From positions 1-48,251 of the forward strand of contig JBKJLC010000068.1 in NCBI GenBank assembly GCA_046597055.1: a stretch of DNA of 48,251 nt, written 5' to 3'. The translations under genes were made by a program, and so were the position numbers. The DNA is from Kofleriaceae bacterium. Lineage in GTDB: Bacteria > Myxococcota_A > Polyangia > Haliangiales > Haliangiaceae. The notes below the pieces were generated by a model that made no database searches, was not told where the DNA came from, and worked only from the letters and a program-made list of their open reading frames with translations. Below, piece by piece: positions 43,153-48,251 of the stretch (its first letter is position 1; each line of letters begins with the position of its first letter).

Positions 43153-44000
43153 CCTCGGTCCCGCCCACGGTCCCGCCGCTCGGCGCCGGCCAGAAGCTCG
43201 ACGGGCCAAAGGCCGACACGCCCGCGCGCGCGGCCGCCAAGTCGCTCGAGGCGTTCTTCCTCCGTCAGTTCCTGGCCGAGGCGCGGCCCGACAACGCCGT
43301 CATGGGCGGCGGGTTCGCCGGGGACACCTTCCAGGACATGCTCGACGGCGCGCTCGCCGACGCCATGGCCGGCGCCGGTGGCCTGGGCATGACCCAGACC
43401 TTCGAGACCGCGCTCGGCGGCGAGCCGGCGGTGCCGTCGGGTCAGCGCCCGCGCGCGTCAGCCGAGATCGCGGCCGCGTACGCGGTGCCGACCACCGGGA
43501 CCGCGACCGCCGCGACCGGGGCCGCCGCGGGCGGGCGTTCGACCGTGCCGGCGCCCGTCATCGCCGGGCCGGGCGCGGCCGCCACCGGGCTCGGTCCCGA
43601 CCGGCTGGTGCAGCCCGCGGTCGGCCGGTTGAGCTCCGGGTTCGGCACCCGCATCCATCCGGTGACGCACCTCGAGAGCGCTCACCTCGGCCTCGACATC
43701 GCGGCGCCGACCGGCACCGAGGTGGTGGCGGCCGCCAACGGGCGGGTGACGCACGCCGGTCCCGCCGGCACCTACGGCAACCTGGTCACCATCCGCCATG
43801 CGGACGGGACCGAGACCCGCTACGCCCACCTGTCGGTGGTCCGCGTGCAGCGCGGCGATCAGGTCGCGGCCGGCGCTCGTATCGGTGATGTCGGCAACAC
43901 CGGCAACTCGACCGGGCCGCACTTGCACTTCGAGGTCCGCAAGGACGGTCACGCGGTCGACCCGCGGCCACTACTCCCCGGCGCGCCAAGAAACAAGTGA
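43149..44000 (+). CDS. flgJ: FlgJ rod-capping domain fused to an M23 metallopeptidase (283 aa, apparent CTG start)
   Basis: Rod-binding motif AAKSLEAFFLRQFL...FQDMLDGALADAMA..GGLG begins upstream of the first ATG (43302); M23 motifs SSGFG.R.HP, HLGLD, YGNLV.I.H, YAHL, STGPHLHFEV. Confidence 0.82.
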   Translation: MTSVPPTVPPLGAGQKLDGPKADTPARAAAKSLEAFFLRQFLAEARPDNAVMGGGFAGDTFQDMLDGALADAMAGAGGLGMTQTFETALGGEPAVPSGQRPRASAEIAAAYAVPTTGTATAATGAAAGGRSTVPAPVIAGPGAAATGLGPDRLVQPAVGRLSSGFGTRIHPVTHLESAHLGLDIAAPTGTEVVAAANGRVTHAGPAGTYGNLVTIRHADGTETRYAHLSVVRVQRGDQVAAGARIGDVGNTGNSTGPHLHFEVRKDGHAVDPRPLLPGAPRNK

Positions 44001-44004
44001 TGGT

Positions 44005-44037
44005 GCCCTAAACAGGTCCGGGTCTCGGGCGACCCAG
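44005..44037 (+). promoter_or_regulatory. Sigma28-type promoter of flgM
   Basis: TAAA-N15-GGCGA; the extended motif GCCCTAAACA-N11-CGGGCGA-CC-CAG is shared with the fliC upstream region. Confidence 0.7.
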
Positions 44038-44051
44038 GGGGGTGGAGGCCT

Positions 44052-44327
44052 ATGCGCATCGACCCGTCCACCCTGTCCGCCGTCGCCGCCCCGACGAACC
44101 TGCGCGTCCGCGAGCCCGATCCGTCGCCGCCGGTGCAGAGTCCGTCGAGCGTGGTGTCCCTCGGCGAGGCTGCCGCCAGCGCGGCGGCGCCGCCGCTCGA
44201 CGCCGCTCACACCGAGCGGATCGGACGGCTCCGCGAGATGATCGCGGCCGGCAAGTACACCGTCGATCTCGAGCAGCTGGCGTCGCGCATCCTCGACGAC
44301 GACATGGCGCGATCGGGGCGGGCGTGA
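44052..44327 (+). CDS. flgM: Anti-sigma28 factor FlgM
   Basis: C-terminal ERIGRLREMIAAGKYTVDLEQLASRIL; GGAGG SD. Confidence 0.92.
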   Translation: MRIDPSTLSAVAAPTNLRVREPDPSPPVQSPSSVVSLGEAAASAAAPPLDAAHTERIGRLREMIAAGKYTVDLEQLASRILDDDMARSGRA

Positions 44328-44689
44328 GCGAGCCGGCGCCGGCGGAGCCGCGGCCCCTGGCCGAGGCGCTCGAGCTGCTTCGAACCATCATGGCCGACGA
44401 GCGTCGCGCCATCGCCCGCCTCGACCTCGACGCGATCGCGGAGCTCACCGCCCGCAAGCAGGCGCTGGCGCCGGCGCTGACGACCGCCGCCGATCGCGCC
44501 ACCCGAGATCCGGCGCTGGCCCGGCTGGTCGTCCAGCTCCGCATCGAGCTCGGGGCCAACGCGGCGCTGCTGCGGGCCGCCAGCGAGGCGGTCGCGGTCC
44601 TGCTCGGTCAGGAGCCCAACCAGGGCTACGACCGGATGGCGCGTCGCCAGGGGGCGTTCATGCGACCCCGGCTGGCGGGGACCCTCTAG
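44324..44689 (+). CDS. flgN: Export chaperone FlgN
   Basis: ERRAIARLDLDAIAELTARKQAL...NAALL...GYD; lies between flgM and flgK. Confidence 0.8.
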   Translation: MSEPAPAEPRPLAEALELLRTIMADERRAIARLDLDAIAELTARKQALAPALTTAADRATRDPALARLVVQLRIELGANAALLRAASEAVAVLLGQEPNQGYDRMARRQGAFMRPRLAGTL

Positions 44690-46044
44690 TGTCGAACCTG
44701 CTCGGCCTGCTCGGCATGGGCAGCAACGGCCTGGCCGCACAGCACCGCGGGGTGGCGGTGGCGGCCAACAACGCCGCCAACGTCAACACCCCGGGCTACT
44801 CGCGGCAGCGCGTCGATCTGACCAGCGAGCTCGGTCATCCTGGCGTCGGCGGCGTCCGGATCGGCACGCCGACCCGCATGGCCGACAACCTGCTCGAAGG
44901 CCGCACCCGCGTCTCGCAGGGCTCGCGCGGCGCGTCGAGCGCGCTGGCGCCGGCGCTGGCCGATCTCGAGGCGCGGATGACGTCCGCCGACGGCGATCTG
45001 GCCACGATGTGGGCCAGCTTCGAGCGCCTGTCGGCGGTGCCGACCGACCCGCTGGTGCGCCAGGCCGCGGTCGCGTCGGTCGCCAACGTCGCCGACGGCA
45101 TGCGCCGCCGCGCCGGCGAGGTGAGCTCGGCGCGCGCCGAGGCCGACACCCGCATCCGTGACATCGCCGACCAGGCGACCGGCTACGCCAAGGAGATCGC
45201 GAACGCCAACAAGGCGATCGCGACCTCGGACGATCCGGTGCTGCGCGACCGGCGCGACCTCGCCGCCGGCAAGCTCGCCGAGCTGGTCGGCGGCGCCGGC
45301 CGGATCGATCCTGACGGTCAGATGCGCTGGGAGCTGCCCGACGGCGCGGTCCTGGTCGACGGCGATCGCGCGGCCGCCGTCACCACGCGGGTCGATCTGG
45401 CGACCGGCTTCCGCGCGGTCGAGATCGTCGATGGCGCCAGTCGCCGCGACGTGACCGCCAGCCTGACCGGCGGGCGCATCGGCGGCGAGCTGCGGTTTCG
45501 TGATGTCGATGCCAAGGCCACCGCCGACGGCCTCGATCAGCTCGCGTTCGACATCGTCACCAACCTCAACGCGGTCCATAGCGCCAACGCCGGCAGCGAC
45601 GGCGTGACCGGACGCAACATCTTCGTGCCGCCCGGGGCGGCCGCCCGCGCCGCCGCCACCATGGCGATCGATCCGGGGCTGGCCGCCGATCCGGCCCGGC
45701 TGGCGACCGCCGCGCCAGGCGCCGGCTCCGGTGACAACCGCGGCGCTACCGCGCTGCTCGCGCTGAAGGATCAGAAGCTCGGCGCCGGCGGCACCGCCAC
45801 CCTCACCGATGCCGCGATCGACCTGAGCGCCTCGCTCGGCCGCACCACCGCCGCCGCCGAGGCCACCGCCGCCCGTGACGGCGAGGTCGCCGGCCACCTG
45901 GCCGGGCTACGCGACGCGGTGTCCGGCGTCGATCTCGACGAGGAGCTGGCCAAGCTCGTCCACTTCCAGCACGCCTCCGAGGCGATGACCCGGTTCCTGA
46001 GCGCTGTCGACGGCATGCTCGGCAACTTGCTCGACCGTCTGTAA
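44689..46044 (+). CDS. flgK: Hook-associated protein FlgK
   Basis: GLAAQ...V.ANN.ANVNTPGYSRQRV; LRDRRD; GDN..A; VSGVDLDEEL..L..FQ. Confidence 0.93.
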   Translation: MSNLLGLLGMGSNGLAAQHRGVAVAANNAANVNTPGYSRQRVDLTSELGHPGVGGVRIGTPTRMADNLLEGRTRVSQGSRGASSALAPALADLEARMTSADGDLATMWASFERLSAVPTDPLVRQAAVASVANVADGMRRRAGEVSSARAEADTRIRDIADQATGYAKEIANANKAIATSDDPVLRDRRDLAAGKLAELVGGAGRIDPDGQMRWELPDGAVLVDGDRAAAVTTRVDLATGFRAVEIVDGASRRDVTASLTGGRIGGELRFRDVDAKATADGLDQLAFDIVTNLNAVHSANAGSDGVTGRNIFVPPGAAARAAATMAIDPGLAADPARLATAAPGAGSGDNRGATALLALKDQKLGAGGTATLTDAAIDLSASLGRTTAAAEATAARDGEVAGHLAGLRDAVSGVDLDEELAKLVHFQHASEAMTRFLSAVDGMLGNLLDRL

Positions 46045-46058
46045 CCCCAGGAGCCACG

Positions 46059-46934
46059 ATGCGCATCACGGGAAGCCGCATGCTGGAGCTCGCCGCCACC
46101 GCGACGAGCAAGGCCCAGACCGACATCGCCAAGTCCTCGGAGCAGCTCACCAGCGGCAAGCGCGTCAGCAGCGCGTCCGACGATCCGCTGGCGTGGGCCC
46201 AGGCCCGGCGCGCCGCCGTGCGCGCCACCATCGACGCCGGCCGCGGCGAGGCGGTCGCCGCCGGCCGCGATCATCTGCGGGCGACCGAGACGCCGCTCGC
46301 CATCGTCAGCGACGCGCTGGCCCAGGCCCGCGAGCTGGCGATCGGCGCCAACAACAGCATGATCAGCGCGGCCGACCGCGCCACCATGGCCGAGCGCGCG
46401 CGCAGCCTGTTCGACACCGCGCTGTCCGCCGCCAACGCGCGCGGCACCACCGGCGAGTACGTCCTCGCGGGCGGCCAGGGCGCGACCCCGCCGTTCGCGG
46501 CGACCGGCCTCTACCAGGGCGACAGCGCCACCCGTTCGATCGAGCTGGGCGACGGCGTCACCGGCGCGATCACGGTCGCCGGCGACGCCCTGACCGCGGC
46601 GTCGGGCGTCGACGTGCTGCCGGTGCTGGACCGCCTGGCCACCGCCCTGGCCGCCAACGATCTGCCGACCATCCAGAGCTCGATCGAGGAGCTGGGCCGG
46701 GCCCACCGCCAGGTCAACCAGGCGCGCAGCTCGCTCGGCACGCTGGTGCAGGCGCTCGACGAGTCCGACACCGCCCGCGCCGAGCTGTCCGAGCAGCTCA
46801 CCGCCCGCATCGCCGATCTCACCGAGACCGACTTCGTCCGCGCCGCCAGCGACCTGGCCCGCGGCACCACCGCGCTCGAGGCGTCGCGCGCGATCACGGC
46901 TCGGCTGGCCGGGCTGCTCAGCCCGTCGCGCTGA
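46059..46934 (+). CDS. flgL: Hook-associated protein FlgL
   Basis: MRIT...QLTSGKRVSSASDDP; N...GEYVLAG...PPF...YQGD. Confidence 0.9.
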   Translation: MRITGSRMLELAATATSKAQTDIAKSSEQLTSGKRVSSASDDPLAWAQARRAAVRATIDAGRGEAVAAGRDHLRATETPLAIVSDALAQARELAIGANNSMISAADRATMAERARSLFDTALSAANARGTTGEYVLAGGQGATPPFAATGLYQGDSATRSIELGDGVTGAITVAGDALTAASGVDVLPVLDRLATALAANDLPTIQSSIEELGRAHRQVNQARSSLGTLVQALDESDTARAELSEQLTARIADLTETDFVRAASDLARGTTALEASRAITARLAGLLSPSR

Positions 46935-46946
46935 AGCCGCGCATCA

Positions 46947-46978
46947 GCCCTAAACAAAATCCCAAGCGGGCGAATCAG
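46947..46978 (+). promoter_or_regulatory. Sigma28-type promoter of fliC
   Basis: GCCCTAAACA-N10-CGGGCGA-AT-CAG, twin of the flgM motif, about 50 nt before the fliC start. Confidence 0.7.
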
Positions 46979-47027
46979 TCATCGAACGCGCAGCCAGTAA
47001 CCAGACAGACCGCAGGAGACAATCTCA

Positions 47028-47870
47028 ATGGCCATCTCACTTCTGACCAACGTCGCTTCGATGAACGCTCAGCGCAACCTTGCCGCCACCTCGTCGAGCC
47101 TCGCGGCGTCGATCGGTCGGTTGTCGTCGGGTCAGCGCATCAACCAGGCGTCCGACGACGCCGCCGGCCTCGGCATCTCCGAAGGCCTCAAGTCCGACCT
47201 CCGCAGCCTCGGGCAGGCCCAGCGCAACGCCAACGACGGCGTGTCGATGTCGCAGGTCGCCGAAGGCTCGATGAACGAGATGCAGGGCATCGTGACCCGT
47301 ATGCGTGAGCTCTCGGTCCAGGCCGCGAACTCGACCCTCGGCACCACCGAGCGCGGTTACATCCAGACCGAGTTCAAAGAGCTCCGCGGCGAGATCAACC
47401 GCATCTCGGCGGTGACCGAGTTCAACGGCCAGAAGCTGGTCGACGGCTCGGCCTCGACCGGCCTGTCGTTCCAGATCGGTAAGGACGCCACGGCCAACGA
47501 CCGCCTGTCGCTGAGCATCACCAAGCTCACCACGTCCACCCTCGGCTCGACCTCGCTCCGCATCGCGTCGGCGACGCTGTCGACCGTGACCGGTGCCCGC
47601 GCCGCGATGGGCGCCTTCGACAAGGCGATCGACCAGCTGTCGGGCGCGCGCGCCAAGGTCGGCTCGGTGCAGAACCGCATGCAGGTCGCGATCAGCTACC
47701 TCGGCGTGGTCCAGGAGAACCTGTCGGCCGCGAACTCGCGTATCCGCGACGTCGACGTGGCGACCGAGAGCGCGCAGCTCACCAAGGCGCAGATCCTGAG
47801 CCAGGCGGGGCTCGCGGTCCTCGGCCAGGCCAACCAGCTGCCGAACGCGGCGCTGTCGCTGCTCCGGTAA
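47028..47870 (+). CDS. fliC: Flagellin (280 aa, D0/D1 only)
   Basis: TNVASMNAQRNL, RLSSGQRINQASDDAAGL, RMRELSVQAAN, FNG, RAKVGSVQNR, ENLSAANSRIRDVD, QANQLP..ALSLL; AGGAG SD. Confidence 0.97.
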   Translation: MAISLLTNVASMNAQRNLAATSSSLAASIGRLSSGQRINQASDDAAGLGISEGLKSDLRSLGQAQRNANDGVSMSQVAEGSMNEMQGIVTRMRELSVQAANSTLGTTERGYIQTEFKELRGEINRISAVTEFNGQKLVDGSASTGLSFQIGKDATANDRLSLSITKLTTSTLGSTSLRIASATLSTVTGARAAMGAFDKAIDQLSGARAKVGSVQNRMQVAISYLGVVQENLSAANSRIRDVDVATESAQLTKAQILSQAGLAVLGQANQLPNAALSLLR

Positions 47871-47901
47871 TCTGACACGACGATACTGACCAGGAGGGTT
47901 C

Positions 47902-48251
47902 ATGCCAGTCTCCTTCAGCGGCCTTGCTTCAGGGATGGATTCCGGTGCGATGGTCGACCAGCTGGTCGCCGCCGAGAAGGCTCCAGCCCGGGCAATGCAG
48001 ACGAAGGTCGCGAACCTGGGCCGCCAGGGCAGCATCGTCAGCGATCTGTCCACCAAGCTGCGCGCACTGGGCGTCCTGGCCCGCGGCCTCGACCTGGCGT
48101 CGGAGGTCCGCTCGGTGAAAGCCGAACGCTCCGACACCACGCATGTCGGGGTCGCGGTGTCGGGGTCCGCCACCACGTCCGATCACACGCTGCGCGTCAC
48201 CAACACCGCGCGAGCACAGACCGTGACCTCTCGTACATTTTCCAGCGATGC
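47902..48251 (+). CDS. fliD: Filament cap protein FliD (5' part, runs off the window)
   Basis: AGGAGG SD, then MPVSFSGLASGMDSGAMVDQLVAAEKAP; later V...ARAQ; no stop before the window end. Confidence 0.9.
   Translation, partial: MPVSFSGLASGMDSGAMVDQLVAAEKAPARAMQTKVANLGRQGSIVSDLSTKLRALGVLARGLDLASEVRSVKAERSDTTHVGVAVSGSATTSDHTLRVTNTARAQTVTSRTFSSD

Noticed and set aside
47014..47027. GAGA-caa-TCTC hairpin over the fliC SD (possible CsrA site or thermometer)
   Set aside because: A 4-bp stem is too weak to support a claim, and the only GGA is the SD itself.

Overview
A very GC-rich bacterial window, probably from a Myxococcota-like (deltaproteobacterial) genome. That host call is an inference from the many lipoproteins, a VDATHVYW-type propeller remnant, a Gly-rich GTLG..GxGYG motif and the flagellar gene order. 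The left half (1-28.7 kb) holds a structured REP/MITE-like element, a Cys-rich lipoprotein, glpD, a cytochrome P460/c'-beta-fold lipoprotein, mtnN, a Ski2/HelY-like helicase and a 7-repeat Ig-like lipoprotein. It continues with a truncated IS3 element joined to a gene remnant, a GH8 glycoside hydrolase, an M1 aminopeptidase, an ECF sigma factor coupled to a 1770-aa TM-FecR-VIT-vWA-(LolA-like)-TPR protein, a divergent TonB/TolA-like membrane protein, a CPA2 antiporter and a CheB-CheR-PAS-HK-REC hybrid. The right half (28.9-48.25 kb) is an intact, tightly coupled flagellar cluster: fliMNOPQR-flhBA, flhFG-fliA-flgFGAHIJ, flgMNKL, fliC and a partial fliD. The best candidates for novelty are: (i) the ECF/giant anti-sigma/TonB-like module; (ii) a flagellar regulatory code readable from the sequence, with two sigma54 promoters sharing an 18/20-identical upstream box at the same 70-bp offset and two sigma28-type promoters sharing GCCCTAAACA-N10/11-CGGGCGA; (iii) a hidden 38-codon ORF coupled to flhF; and (iv) FlgJ fused to an M23 peptidase with an apparent CTG start. 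All family calls come from motif recognition by eye, and no database searches were run.
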